DNA of 64,000 nt from Candidatus Cloacimonadales bacterium (GTDB lineage Bacteria > Cloacimonadota > Cloacimonadia > Cloacimonadales > JAIOQZ01). This document shows positions 1-10,213 of the stretch, piece by piece (position 1 is the stretch's first letter; every line of letters starts with the position of its first letter). The notes below the pieces were generated by a model. It did no database searches. It worked only from the letters and a program-made list of their open reading frames with translations, and had not been told where the DNA came from. The stretch lies in NCBI GenBank assembly GCA_963665815.1, contig OY762463.1:126737-190736 (forward strand). Reading direction: 5' to 3'. A program made the translations under genes and the position numbers.

Positions 1-464
1 CCGATTTTTGAATGATATTCCAGATCAGTCATAAGAGCATCGCTCTGTGTGGTTGGGTCAGCATCATATTGTCTGAATACATCGTGTTTCATATCTTTGT
101 AGGTTGCTCCCATTCCACCTTGTGAGTACATGCCAAAACCGAATGTGAACTTATCACTCAGCTTTTGCCCATAAGCAACATTTGGCAGCATGAAAACAGC
201 ACTTTCAGCTTCCTTGTCATTCATGTCATTCTTAAATGTTACTGCAGGGAAGAGAAGTCCTGTTCCAAGCTTAAGCTGTTTTCCCTCAATTCTGCTGATT
301 CCTGCCGGGTTAGTATTTATAGAGTTCACATCACCTGTAAGACCAAGGCTTATACCGCCCATTGCGGAAGAGCGTGGTCCGTATCCAATCATATTCATAC
401 CATTTGTAGAGTATAAAGAAATTGTGAGTATGATTAACATACTGAGTATTGTAAGTTTTTTCAT
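1..464 (-). CDS. OmpP1/FadL-family outer-membrane transporter (5' part; runs off the window start)
   Basis: Not in the ORF track. My translation from the ATG at 464 gives MKKLTILSMLIILTISLYSTNGMNMIGYGPRSSAMGG...NPAG..., i.e. a signal peptide plus the FadL-type 'G.RS.AMGG...NPAG' motif. The frame is open to the window edge. Confidence 0.8.
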   Translation of the reverse strand, partial: MKKLTILSMLIILTISLYSTNGMNMIGYGPRSSAMGGISLGLTGDVNSINTNPAGISRIEGKQLKLGTGLLFPAVTFKNDMNDKEAESAVFMLPNVAYGQKLSDKFTFGFGMYSQGGMGATYKDMKHDVFRQYDADPTTQSDALMTDLEYHSKI

Positions 465-678
465 ATTTACCTTTCCTATGTTTTATTTTACATAAAGTAT
501 AGTAAAATAATGAGAAAAAGCAAGTAAGTAATTAGTTGCTATGTAAGAAACAGTATGAAGATAACTTTACAATGAAAATCTGTTCAAGAAATGGAGATAT
601 GAACATTTGGATAGTAATAAGATATCTTTGATGTATATTTCTAATGAGGAAATTAATCTGATTGAAAGATTTGTATTA

Positions 679-1419
679 TTAAACAAGTATCTTCTCACAT
701 ATTTCTTGAAGTATTTCTTTCTTATCAACATAGTTCATCTTCTGGTCAATACAGACGAGATTTAACAGAAGTGTATGAAGATCAGGACTTACTTCTGCAA
801 TGTCAGTTTGAAAGCGCTTAAGCGGGGGCATAAACAGTTTTCTGTGAGATGCATAGAAAGCCTTGGCAATATGCTCAAGTATATCCTGAAGTGAAAATGC
901 AAAATGATAGCTATTCTTGAATCCCCAGTCTTCTATGAATTCACTCCTGAGATAATTCAGGGAATCCTTGACAGTCTCCTGTGCTAACTCAGGAGGGTAA
1001 GAACCAACATTTTCTTTGAGATTGAAGAAAATTCTCTCAGGATCGTGAACAGGATCTGTTTCCACAAGCTTATGCTGAATAAATGATTGCCATTTCAATA
1101 GCGTTTCTTTGGAGCTGAACAGATTACTTGCAGTCTTCTTATACCAATCTTCATTATAGATACAGAAGCAAACTTCCTTGTCTTCGTACTTGAAATGAGG
1201 TACTTCATGGAAGTATTTTTCAAACTCAAACATTGCTTTCAATTTCGATTCAACTTGCTGAATTGCATTATCAGAATCAACAATAATTACGAAATCAATA
1301 TCGGAAGTATCGGTCTGTCTGTTGACAGCATAACTTCCATTTAGGGCAATAGCTTTTATGCAGCTATTTTCAATTGATAAATCTAATAATATTTTTTTTA
1401 ATGTTTTTACAATATTCAT
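679..1419 (-). CDS. Nucleotidyltransferase-domain protein
   Basis: GSYA...SDIDF Pol-beta-type nucleotidyltransferase motif at the N-terminus, followed by a helical C-terminal part. Confidence 0.75.
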   Translation of the reverse strand: MNIVKTLKKILLDLSIENSCIKAIALNGSYAVNRQTDTSDIDFVIIVDSDNAIQQVESKLKAMFEFEKYFHEVPHFKYEDKEVCFCIYNEDWYKKTASNLFSSKETLLKWQSFIQHKLVETDPVHDPERIFFNLKENVGSYPPELAQETVKDSLNYLRSEFIEDWGFKNSYHFAFSLQDILEHIAKAFYASHRKLFMPPLKRFQTDIAEVSPDLHTLLLNLVCIDQKMNYVDKKEILQEICEKILV

Positions 1420-1548
1420 GAGACTATCTCATTTTATAATTGTGATTCTGTCAACAATCATATCTTTTCATGTATACTGCATAATAACACATTCCCGGAA
1501 GAATATTTCTTGCTAAATAATATTGCTTCAGATTTGATGCTTTTCACT

Positions 1549-2640
1549 ATGATTAAAGTATTATTCGATGTAAAACAGCTTTATTACTGGGCTATGATGA
1601 AGCCAATTTATGACAGACTCTCTCAAGATGATAAATATCAACTCGCAGTTAGAGTGGGGGAGAACCACACAAGATTTCTCGGTATTTTCCTTGTCTCAGA
1701 TAAGAAGAAGATTGAAGAACAGCTCAGGAAAGATGGATATATCATTTCCAATAACACTGATGGCTATTATTTTGTATTTTGCGGAGATACCCTGAAGAAT
1801 CCTGAAGAATATGGAAAGGCGATTCTCTGTCATGTGGATCATTCCATAAGCATTAAAAGTCAAAGGTATAGAAGTCTTGCCAGACAGAGCAATGTACGCT
1901 ATCTGCGTTTTGTTGAAGGACAGTACCGAGTAGATATGTTTAAGAAAATGGGACTGAGTGATAACATCGAACTGCATGTTGTAGGCACTCCCAAGCTGGA
2001 TGCCTATTTCATGGGTAATTACTCCAGTAAAGATTTTCTACTCAATCTTGGTCTTGATCCGGCCAAAAAAACAATATTATACGGTCCTTCATATAAACCG
2101 ACATCGATTTTCGATCTTGGTAAGCAGATTACTTCAAAAAGCCTCACAGATAAATATAATGTCATCATTAAGCTGCACCCATACAGCTGGGCAGGAAAAT
2201 ATGCATCCCATAAGCAACACAAGTATATTCAGAAATGCGTTAAAGCGAATCCAAATGTTGTTCTTGTTCCCAAATCTGATCACAATATCGTACCTTATCT
2301 GTTTGCGGCAGATACACTAATCAGTGATGCATCCGGTGTTATCAATGAGTTTCTTGTACTGGAAAAATGCGGTGTCATTTTTGATAAAGGATTCAGCGAT
2401 ATTTCTCATTCCGATGGCGAACCGGTACTTGTAGAGAATCTTCAAGATTGGCTTGCAGATATTTTTGTATACATCAATAAACCTGAGCAACTCGAATCAG
2501 CAATAGAGACGGCAATTAATCCCGACAGTGCAAGAAAGAAAAAGCTGCTGGATAAAAAGAACTATCTCTGCAATCTGACTGATGGAAAGGCAACAGATAG
2601 AATCAAAGTTATATTAGAAGAAAAGGTTAAGAATAGATGA
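1549..2640 (+). CDS. CDP-glycerol glycerophosphotransferase-family (TagF/EpsJ-like) protein
   Basis: Motifs G.PKLD, ILYGPS, IKLHP, ADTLISDAS, DGKATDRI. The ATG at 1549 is preferred over the TTG at 1510. Confidence 0.8.
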   Translation: MIKVLFDVKQLYYWAMMKPIYDRLSQDDKYQLAVRVGENHTRFLGIFLVSDKKKIEEQLRKDGYIISNNTDGYYFVFCGDTLKNPEEYGKAILCHVDHSISIKSQRYRSLARQSNVRYLRFVEGQYRVDMFKKMGLSDNIELHVVGTPKLDAYFMGNYSSKDFLLNLGLDPAKKTILYGPSYKPTSIFDLGKQITSKSLTDKYNVIIKLHPYSWAGKYASHKQHKYIQKCVKANPNVVLVPKSDHNIVPYLFAADTLISDASGVINEFLVLEKCGVIFDKGFSDISHSDGEPVLVENLQDWLADIFVYINKPEQLESAIETAINPDSARKKKLLDKKNYLCNLTDGKATDRIKVILEEKVKNR

Positions 2641-3140
2641 TAAAACTCATACCTTACTCAACCCTGAAACTCAGAACTCGATATTCCGAGAATGATGTCC
2701 TCTATAAACTTGGGCAGATTCTTGAGCCAAAGAACTATTTCAGATATTTCTGGACGTTGAAGTTTATGGAAATTGAGATGAAATACGAAGGCTCGATGCA
2801 GAACAATAGATTCAAAATGAACAGGATTACTCCCAATAACAAGTCTTTTGTTACTGTTTTTGAAGGTATGGTGAACCAGAGAAAATCTCAGACTGATGTC
2901 TCTATAACAGTAAGACCCAGTATCGCAACGCTTGTACATTTAATAATCGGGACGTTACTCTTTTCGCTGTTTTCTATAGGATATCTAATGGGGATGATAA
3001 ATGTACCCGTTGAACCTGAGTTTCTGGTGTGGGTAATTCCCTTTATGTTGTATTCAATTTACATGATGTATTATAATTATGAATTCTATAAATCAAGGAA
3101 CTTTCTTTCTCAGTACTTGAATGCTGTAGTACATGAGTAA
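2637..3140 (+). CDS. Hypothetical membrane protein (two C-terminal hydrophobic segments)
   Basis: 167-aa ORF whose start overlaps the upstream stop (ATGA). Confidence 0.7.
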   Translation: MIKLIPYSTLKLRTRYSENDVLYKLGQILEPKNYFRYFWTLKFMEIEMKYEGSMQNNRFKMNRITPNNKSFVTVFEGMVNQRKSQTDVSITVRPSIATLVHLIIGTLLFSLFSIGYLMGMINVPVEPEFLVWVIPFMLYSIYMMYYNYEFYKSRNFLSQYLNAVVHE

Positions 3141-3163
3141 AAAAAGGCTGCCAGAGACAGCCC
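3140..3163. terminator. Intrinsic terminator between convergent genes
   Basis: GGCTG...CAGCC hairpin with an A-run on its left, which is a U-tract on the minus strand. Confidence 0.55.
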
Positions 3164-3178
3164 ATAAATTCTGATTGT

Positions 3179-3436
3179 TTATTCCGATAAATCAACTACC
3201 ATTATGTCATCATTATCATCTTCAATAATGAAATATCCGTCACCGGCCAAATCTTCAAGAATTACTGCGGTAGTCCAGTCAACATCTGTTCTGCTAACAA
3301 CTTTGTAATCAACTCCATCATGAAGTACGTTGCGGATTTCAGTTTCATACTTAGGACACTCATTAATCAGTTCATTCATAGTTATTGCTGAAAGAAATAC
3401 AGGTAACAGTAATAATAGTAAAAATATTTTTTTCAT
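3179..3436 (-). CDS. Small secreted acidic hypothetical protein
   Basis: Signal peptide MKKIFLLLLLLPVFLSA and an AAGGAG RBS. Confidence 0.7.
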   Translation of the reverse strand: MKKIFLLLLLLPVFLSAITMNELINECPKYETEIRNVLHDGVDYKVVSRTDVDWTTAVILEDLAGDGYFIIEDDNDDIMVVDLSE

Positions 3437-3453
3437 ACTTTCTCCTTGTTAAT

Positions 3454-3927
3454 TTATATAAGAGTTCTTAACTCTTTGAGAATTCTCTCGGCATGCCCTT
3501 TCGCTCTCACATTATGCCAATGTTTAATGACGTTTCCATCAGGATCAATCAGTATTGTGGATCGTATTACACCTTCATACTCTTTACCGTAGTTTTTCTT
3601 TAAGCCCCAGGCTTTGTAAGCCTTCATTACAACAATATCCGGATCGGAGAGCAAATCTATTCCCAACTCCTGCTTTGCAATAAAGTTCTTGTGGGATTTT
3701 ATGCTGTCTTTACTCACTCCGGCAAGTTTTACATCCAGTTTTTCAAACTCATCTTTCAGACATGTAAAGTCTTTGGATTCCAGAGTACACCCCGGAGTGT
3801 TATCTTTTGGGTAAAAATAGAGCAGCAGATAGCTGCCTTCGTAGTCTTTCAGAGAAACGTCTATATTGTCCTGATTCTTTAATGTGAAATCAGGGGCTTT
3901 TTCGCCTTTTTGGAATAATTCAGCCAT
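3454..3927 (-). CDS. bcp: Peroxiredoxin BCP
   Basis: YFYPKDNTPGCT peroxidatic motif, GVSKD and RST motifs. Confidence 0.93.
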   Translation of the reverse strand: MAELFQKGEKAPDFTLKNQDNIDVSLKDYEGSYLLLYFYPKDNTPGCTLESKDFTCLKDEFEKLDVKLAGVSKDSIKSHKNFIAKQELGIDLLSDPDIVVMKAYKAWGLKKNYGKEYEGVIRSTILIDPDGNVIKHWHNVRAKGHAERILKELRTLI

Positions 3928-4088
3928 AATAAACTCCTTTTTGAATCTACTGAGGTATTATAGGTTTGAAGTCAAGAATTTAATATTACATATCTGCAAT
4001 AAGCAGTATCTGTTGAAAAATCATTGACAAATATTCAGCAACAGAAAGATTAAAAAATATCATAGGTAAGTTATGGAGGAACATTGCA

Positions 4089-4325
4089 ATGATGAGTACA
4101 AAAGATAAAGATCCGTTTACAGTAATAAATTTTACACGCTCAAGTGCGTTTGCCGCAATTGCCGGATTACTACTTTCTCTATGTGGCTTCGTCTGGATTA
4201 TTGAATTCTGTGATCCGCATACCAGTATATTTAAATGCCCGGGCTTAGCATTTATAGCTGCAGGCTTTTTGATTATATGGTTAGTTGACAAATCAGTCAG
4301 GAAAGACGTTAACAAGAAGAATTAG
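4089..4325 (+). CDS. Small two-TM hypothetical protein
   Basis: GGAGG RBS upstream, TTGACA upstream at about 4024, two hydrophobic segments. Confidence 0.55.
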   Translation: MMSTKDKDPFTVINFTRSSAFAAIAGLLLSLCGFVWIIEFCDPHTSIFKCPGLAFIAAGFLIIWLVDKSVRKDVNKKN

Positions 4326-4334
4326 TGATATATA

Positions 4335-4841
4335 CTATTGTAATCTACTTCTCATTTTCTTTATAGCATCGGCAGAACCTTCGATATTAAATTCGAAATG
4401 TACAATACCTTCGCAGTCCCAATTCAATTCAATTAATACTTTTTTACTGGACTCGATGTTTTTTATTGCACTGACAGGATCTTTGAAGAATAAAAAATTC
4501 GATCCCTCTGGTTGAAAAAGAAGTACGTTTTCAGTTTTCTTATCCCAGGTGATTTTAGCAGTGAACAACTTGAAATTATCCACAACTTCCGGATTCTGCA
4601 ATACTGGCTCTTCCGTAAAAGCAAAACAAATGTATTCTTCGCTACCTGTGTTGCTGACCTGAATCAGAGACTTTATTCCAACATAAGGGAATTCCATAGG
4701 TTTTACAGGATTAACAATATCAGATTGAATATAAGATGTGCTGCTACCTGTTTCTTCATCCTTTTCGAATCTCACCTGCCATTCTGCAATCAGCGATGAA
4801 AGAAACAGATGTAATAAAATAATATAGAATAGTTTTTTCAT
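4335..4841 (-). CDS. Secreted hypothetical protein
   Basis: N-terminal signal peptide, AAGGT RBS, 168 aa. Confidence 0.7.
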   Translation of the reverse strand: MKKLFYIILLHLFLSSLIAEWQVRFEKDEETGSSTSYIQSDIVNPVKPMEFPYVGIKSLIQVSNTGSEEYICFAFTEEPVLQNPEVVDNFKLFTAKITWDKKTENVLLFQPEGSNFLFFKDPVSAIKNIESSKKVLIELNWDCEGIVHFEFNIEGSADAIKKMRSRLQ

Positions 4842-4871
4842 TAGTACTACCTTTAAGTGCTTATATGAGTG

Positions 4872-5255
4872 TCAGGAGTTTTCTATCAGCCATTCAACAG
4901 CATCTCCACGATTCTTAAACATCTTTATCTTCCAACCTTGATTGAAGCAAGTATTATAGTAGTCGTTTACAATCTGTTTAACACTGGGGATATCTGAGTC
5001 GATCAGAGCAATGATTTTCTTTCTGCTGATATTTTTTTTCTTATAATAGTTCTGAGGAATAAAATGCACATCAGTGATACTTGCAATAGAGTCAGTTACT
5101 TCAAGTGTATTGATAAGTGACTTCAAAGCATTGTTTTTAACTTGAGTTTCAACACTTTCTGCAACAGCTTTTCGAATATCCTCTCCCGTAACCTGACCGT
5201 AATAAAAGACTTCAACGATACTATTTTCTTCAATATAAATAATCTTATATGGCAT
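4872..5255 (-). CDS. STAS/SpoIIAA-like small protein (paralog 1)
   Basis: The ATG at 5255 (MPYKIIY) aligns with the start of the neighbouring paralog. The C-terminal F.NRGDAVEWL is typical of SpoIIAA-like proteins. Confidence 0.65.
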   Translation of the reverse strand: MPYKIIYIEENSIVEVFYYGQVTGEDIRKAVAESVETQVKNNALKSLINTLEVTDSIASITDVHFIPQNYYKKKNISRKKIIALIDSDIPSVKQIVNDYYNTCFNQGWKIKMFKNRGDAVEWLIENS

Positions 5256-5373
5256 TATTTTCCTCTGAAACTGTTTTGCACTGTTTATGAAAGGGGAAAA
5301 GCAAGTTGTCAATTAAAAATTGAATGATACTCATAAAAAAGATCAATATATGCAGATGATGTGTGATTATATG

Positions 5374-5763
5374 TTACTTACTTTCAAATTGTAATAACCA
5401 TTCCAGAGCATCTTGACGAGTTTTAAATTTTTTAATTCGCCACCCTCTGTTATAGCAGGAATTAAAGTAATCATTTATTAGCAACTTTATAGTTGGAATA
5501 TTAGATTCCAATATGGCAATAACTTTTTTTCTTGTATCTGCACTTTGCTTGTAAAACTTTTCAGGTATAAGGTGAACATCAATAATGTTTGCTGTTGTTT
5601 CAGTCATTTCTAATGTATTTACAAGTGTTAACTTAGTGTTTTTTTTATTCTGGGTTTCAAGACTTTTTCTTGTCGCGTTGTATATATCATCACTGGTAAC
5701 ATGACCAAAATATAACAGTTCAACAATATTCAAATCTTCCAGATAGCTTATTCTAAATGGCAT
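5374..5763 (-). CDS. STAS/SpoIIAA-like small protein (paralog 2)
   Basis: Collinear with the previous protein; C-terminal F.TRQDALEWL. Confidence 0.65.
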   Translation of the reverse strand: MPFRISYLEDLNIVELLYFGHVTSDDIYNATRKSLETQNKKNTKLTLVNTLEMTETTANIIDVHLIPEKFYKQSADTRKKVIAILESNIPTIKLLINDYFNSCYNRGWRIKKFKTRQDALEWLLQFESK

Positions 5764-5810
5764 ATTATCTCTCTAATTTTGTTTCCTTAATAGTATAAAA
5801 GCAAGTTAAC

Positions 5811-6644
5811 TCAATTGCAAGATAAAATTTTTTCAGTGTTCTCAACTGCATAGTCAATAAAATCCATTGTTTCCAGAAGATCACTTTGCTCTGCACGCTG
5901 TCTTATCTTCTTACAGAATCTGACACCTTTTCGTTCTTCCCATGCATCTGAGATTAGTTTGTGCCAGGTTGAATCGAGTTGCTGTAATCCCCATTTCATT
6001 CCGGACAGTTTTGATTTAACAACACCTGTAGAGATTGTCTCGAGAAACCTACAGGCACACAGAACTGAGTATGATTGCCCAAAACGAGTATTACAGAAAT
6101 CAAGGGGACCGTTTAACTCATCTTTGAAAAATTTTTGCAGCATTTGAAGAGTTAACTTTGTCTCTTCAATTATATTTTCTGGTGGGACAGGAGAGAGAAA
6201 TGAATCCGGCTTTTCTCCACACAATATAACTGCTTTTTCTCTTAGTATCCAGCGTACATGCCATTTGTTGTCATGATCGGATTGCTGAAGAGTAATGTCT
6301 CCGTTTTCCAGATACCAGACAGGTTCATCAATTCTGGAGTAATCCGAAATCAATTCTTTACTGATGTAAGAACCCTCAAGATGTTCTGCAGGATAGTATC
6401 CAATTTTATGAATTTCGGAATGCATTAAGTTTAGTTCTTCAACATCTGCTTCATTAATATCTCTTTGAGTTATCACAAGAAAATCAATATCACTGTCCAG
6501 ATCAAAATCTCCTGTAGCGAGAGATCCTATCATATATATTCCTGTAATATTATCGAATAGTATGCTTTTAAGTCCTCCAACAAAAATAGACAAAACTTCT
6601 GGTAATTCAGGATAAATCTCAACTCCAATATTAATTTGGTTCAT
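5811..6644 (-). CDS. Aminoglycoside adenylyltransferase-like nucleotidyltransferase (AadA/DUF4111 type)
   Basis: GIYMIGSLATGDF...SDIDF, plus C-terminal L.ACR...TG.V.SK..G..W and LI..A motifs. Substrate unproven. Confidence 0.75.
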   Translation of the reverse strand: MNQINIGVEIYPELPEVLSIFVGGLKSILFDNITGIYMIGSLATGDFDLDSDIDFLVITQRDINEADVEELNLMHSEIHKIGYYPAEHLEGSYISKELISDYSRIDEPVWYLENGDITLQQSDHDNKWHVRWILREKAVILCGEKPDSFLSPVPPENIIEETKLTLQMLQKFFKDELNGPLDFCNTRFGQSYSVLCACRFLETISTGVVKSKLSGMKWGLQQLDSTWHKLISDAWEERKGVRFCKKIRQRAEQSDLLETMDFIDYAVENTEKILSCN

Positions 6645-6817
6645 AATAAACCTCCGAATGATTTAATACAATCAATAAGACAAAACCACTTGAGTATGTC
6701 AACAATTTGCGTTGTAAGTGATGTATTCTATATAAAAGACATTTTGTGTTGATACAAAATTCAATTATATTATCTGTAAATGTAATTTTCTGTACTTACA
6801 GACTCTCAGGAGCATAA

Positions 6818-7975
6818 ATGAGAAATTATATCTTTTCTCTCTTTAAACTTACATATATACTCTTTATTTGTATAGTAATATTTTTTCCAATAAATCTATC
6901 TGCGAACTTCAAGCCGGATACACTTGTCGTAACAAATTCAGTTTCCTGGGCTCCATTTTCTTACATTAATCATCAAGGAGACCCCGATGGATTACTAATA
7001 GAATTCTGGAGAATGTTCGGAATATATAATAATGTTGAGATAAAATATGATTTAACATCTTGGAATGAAAGTCTTAAGAGAATCAAAAAAGGTAAAGCTG
7101 ACTGCCATGGAGGGCTGTTTCGTAATTCTGAGCGGGAAGAATACATGCTGTTCTCAAATCCTCTCAATATGTCTTTGGAAACCAGACTGTTTACAAAGAA
7201 GGATGTATCTTTTGAAGATCTTGTTACCTCAAATAGTGTTGCTGTAGGAATAGTAAAAGGAGATTTCATCGAATCATATCTTCGAGATCATTATCCCAAT
7301 CTTCAGCTGCACACATTCCAGACAAGCAGAGATGTAATTCTTGCTGCGGTTTACGGGAAAATCAGTACTTTTGCTTTGGATTTCCCAACTGTATCATATA
7401 ATATGGTAAAATTTCCACAACTGAATGATTTCCATAGTGCCAGTACATTAAACAGAGATTACATGAGAATTGGAGTTCAGAAAGGAAATACAAAACTCTT
7501 GAGATTTATTAATGAAGGTATTGATAGAATTCCGGAAGAAAGACTGAGGCAGATTGTTGGCAAAAGGATTCAATATGAGGAAAAAACACCTGATTGGCTG
7601 TTATCATTTATCATTTTGATTGTTTCACTTAGTGTAGTGATTATAATTGTTGTATACATTTCTTTGCTTAAAAAAAATGAAAAGACTCTGAGATATCTGG
7701 TAAAAGCTAAAACGAGTGAATTAGAAGAAAAAAACAGTGAACTTACAAAAGCTCTGGATGAAGTGAAGAAGCTCAGTGGAATTCTGCCGATTTGCTCGAG
7801 TTGCAAGAAAATCAAAGATAGTAAAGGTTACTGGAATCAGGTTGAAACATATATTACGACACATTCCGATGCTCAATTCAGTCATGGATTATGCGAATCC
7901 TGTGCTGAAAAAATATACGGAAAAGAAGACTGGTACAAAGAGATGAAAGATGAGGAAAAGAAAACTGATGATTGA
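6818..7975 (+). CDS. Periplasmic amino-acid-binding (family 3) sensor with one TM helix and a C-terminal Cys/His domain
   Basis: WAPFSY...G...E.W binding domain, TM helix, coiled coil, then LPICSSCKKI.D...FSHGLCESC. Confidence 0.8.
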   Translation: MRNYIFSLFKLTYILFICIVIFFPINLSANFKPDTLVVTNSVSWAPFSYINHQGDPDGLLIEFWRMFGIYNNVEIKYDLTSWNESLKRIKKGKADCHGGLFRNSEREEYMLFSNPLNMSLETRLFTKKDVSFEDLVTSNSVAVGIVKGDFIESYLRDHYPNLQLHTFQTSRDVILAAVYGKISTFALDFPTVSYNMVKFPQLNDFHSASTLNRDYMRIGVQKGNTKLLRFINEGIDRIPEERLRQIVGKRIQYEEKTPDWLLSFIILIVSLSVVIIIVVYISLLKKNEKTLRYLVKAKTSELEEKNSELTKALDEVKKLSGILPICSSCKKIKDSKGYWNQVETYITTHSDAQFSHGLCESCAEKIYGKEDWYKEMKDEEKKTDD

Positions 7976-8002
7976 AAAAGCCATGGGAATTCCACGGCTT
8001 TT
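7976..8002. terminator. Bidirectional intrinsic terminator
   Basis: AAAAAGCCATGG-GAATT-CCACGGCTTTT between convergent genes. Confidence 0.7.
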
Positions 8003-8028
8003 AATATATTGAAATTTTCTAATTTTTT

Positions 8029-8808
8029 TTATCTTGCTTTACAAATTCCTCTATGTGAGTTTTTCACAAAATCAACGAATACCTGGGCTTCAGGAGTAAC
8101 ATCATTCATCAGCAACACTTCTTCTAATGCCTGTGTAACATTCATTCCTGAATTATAAAACAATTTGTAGATTTTTCTGATATTGGCGATAGCTTCTTCA
8201 GAAAAGCCTTTTCTTTGAAGACCTACGCTGTTTATTCCTGCAACTTTATAAGGCATTCCTTCACCTCGAGTATATGGAGGTACATCTTTTTTCACACCGG
8301 AAGCTCCACCGACAAAAGTATTTCTGCCAATCTGTACGAATTGATGAATAGCTGTCATTCCGCCAATGCTAGCGTAGTCATTTATAACAACATGTCCGGC
8401 AATCTGCACAGCATTTGCAATTATAATATTGTTACCTATTTGACAATTATGAGCAACATGTACATACGCCATAATAAGATTATTGCTGCCGATATTTACG
8501 TCTTCATCCATTGTTGCAGATTTGTTCAGAGTAGCAAATTCTCGTATACTGTTGTTATTACCAATTCTAAGTTTTGTTGGTTCTCCGTTGTATTTCAGGT
8601 CCTGAGGAACGGTTCCAAGAACAGCGGAATGAAAAACTTTATTATCAGATCCAAGTATAGTATCTCCATCAACTACAACATTTGATTGAAGATATGTTCT
8701 GTCACCAATCTGTACATCTTCTCCGATAATACAGTATGGTCCAATCTCGACATCATTTCCAAGTTTCGCACCGGGTGCTACAATTGCAGAAGGATGAATT
8801 TTTACCAT
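8029..8808 (-). CDS. lpxA: Acyl-ACP:UDP-N-acetylglucosamine O-acyltransferase
   Basis: Hexapeptide repeats, PQDLKY, HVAHNC, IHQF. Confidence 0.96.
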   Translation of the reverse strand: MVKIHPSAIVAPGAKLGNDVEIGPYCIIGEDVQIGDRTYLQSNVVVDGDTILGSDNKVFHSAVLGTVPQDLKYNGEPTKLRIGNNNSIREFATLNKSATMDEDVNIGSNNLIMAYVHVAHNCQIGNNIIIANAVQIAGHVVINDYASIGGMTAIHQFVQIGRNTFVGGASGVKKDVPPYTRGEGMPYKVAGINSVGLQRKGFSEEAIANIRKIYKLFYNSGMNVTQALEEVLLMNDVTPEAQVFVDFVKNSHRGICKAR

Positions 8809-8817
8809 GTCAGTCTC

Positions 8818-10209
8818 CTATTTCTCCATTACTTTAGCCATGAAATCAGCTTCACAGACTTTGACTGAACCAACATAGGCATCGCCATGCATTTTACATA
8901 AGCTTCGCTTCATGGAGATAACTTTCAGTTCGAATCTTAGTGTATCTCCCGGTAACACCGGTTTTCTGAATTTAACATTGTCAATTGAGGCAAAGTATGC
9001 AACATAATTCTGCGGATCAGGATAAGAGTTCAACAGCATAATACCGCCTGTTTGTGCCATAGCTTCTACAGTAAGAACTCCTGGCATAACAGGATGATCC
9101 GGGAAGTGTCCCTGGAAGAATGGTTCATTAATCGTAACATTCTTAATACCTGTAATACTTTCACCATTTTTGAAATCAACAATTTTATCTACAAGAAGGA
9201 ATGGATATCTGTGAGGAAGTATTTTAAGAATAGCATTGATGTCGAACACAACATCTTTAGTCTGTTTCTCTGTAAAAATCTTTTGCAGTTCCTGTTTCTT
9301 GTGTAATTGACGAAGTTTTTTCACCAGAGCAACGTTTGTTTTATGACCTGATCTCGCTGCAAGGATATGACCTTTAATCGGAACACCGAGTAAAGCAATA
9401 TCGCCTACAAGATCAAGAACTTTATGACGTACAAACTCGTTGTAATATCTAAGCTCTGTGTTGTTAAGAAGTCCGTTCTCGTTTATTTCGATTTCGTCTT
9501 TATAGTTAAACAATTCTCTAAGGTGATCTATCTCCTCCTTAGAAATGTCCGGTTCGGATATTACAATAGCATTTTCAAGAGAACCACCCTTGATAAGCCC
9601 TGCTTCTTTAAGCTGAACAATTTCATTCAGGAAACAGAAAGTTCTGGAGGCAGCAAATTCTTTCTCAAAATAGCTCATATTTGGAAGCCATGTATATTGT
9701 GTTCCAAGATATTTATGTTTATAATCTACGAGGAAAGTTATTTTTAATTCATTAGCAGGAACAATTACAATATCAACACCATCTTTTTCAGCAGAGAAAT
9801 TTATTGGTTCATCAAACTCAAAGTATTCTCTTACACTGTTTTGGGTAACAATGTTTACTTTCTTCAGAAGATTCATGTAGGGGAGAGCTGAACCGTCGGC
9901 AACAGGAACTTCCGGACCATCAACTTCAACTCGGATGTTATCGATATCCAGTCCTTTGATTGCAGCCATGATATGCTCAATAGTTGCTATTGTAGCTTTT
10001 TTAATACCTATTGTGGTTCCTCGAGATATATCAATAACATGATCGATATCGGCGGGGATTTCAGGACATTCAGGAAGGTCTGATCTGACAAAAATAATGC
10101 CATCGTCAGGTCCTGCCGGTTTAAAAGTTACAGTTGAAATCTGTCCATAATGAAGTCCTACACCGGTATAAGTTACCATTCCTCCAATAGTTTTTTTAAA
10201 TTCTTTCAT
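8818..10209 (-). CDS. lpxC-fabZ: Bifunctional LpxC deacetylase / FabZ dehydratase
   Basis: LpxC motifs GVGLH, TIEH, RHKVLD, GH; FabZ motifs LPHRYPFLLVD and F.GHFP..PVMPGVL.VEAMAQ. Confidence 0.96.
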   Translation of the reverse strand: MKEFKKTIGGMVTYTGVGLHYGQISTVTFKPAGPDDGIIFVRSDLPECPEIPADIDHVIDISRGTTIGIKKATIATIEHIMAAIKGLDIDNIRVEVDGPEVPVADGSALPYMNLLKKVNIVTQNSVREYFEFDEPINFSAEKDGVDIVIVPANELKITFLVDYKHKYLGTQYTWLPNMSYFEKEFAASRTFCFLNEIVQLKEAGLIKGGSLENAIVISEPDISKEEIDHLRELFNYKDEIEINENGLLNNTELRYYNEFVRHKVLDLVGDIALLGVPIKGHILAARSGHKTNVALVKKLRQLHKKQELQKIFTEKQTKDVVFDINAILKILPHRYPFLLVDKIVDFKNGESITGIKNVTINEPFFQGHFPDHPVMPGVLTVEAMAQTGGIMLLNSYPDPQNYVAYFASIDNVKFRKPVLPGDTLRFELKVISMKRSLCKMHGDAYVGSVKVCEADFMAKVMEK

Positions 10210-10213
10210 AATC

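Noticed and set aside
165..495. Plus-strand ORFs 165-416 and 190-495
   Set aside because: Antisense shadows of the minus-strand FadL-like gene.
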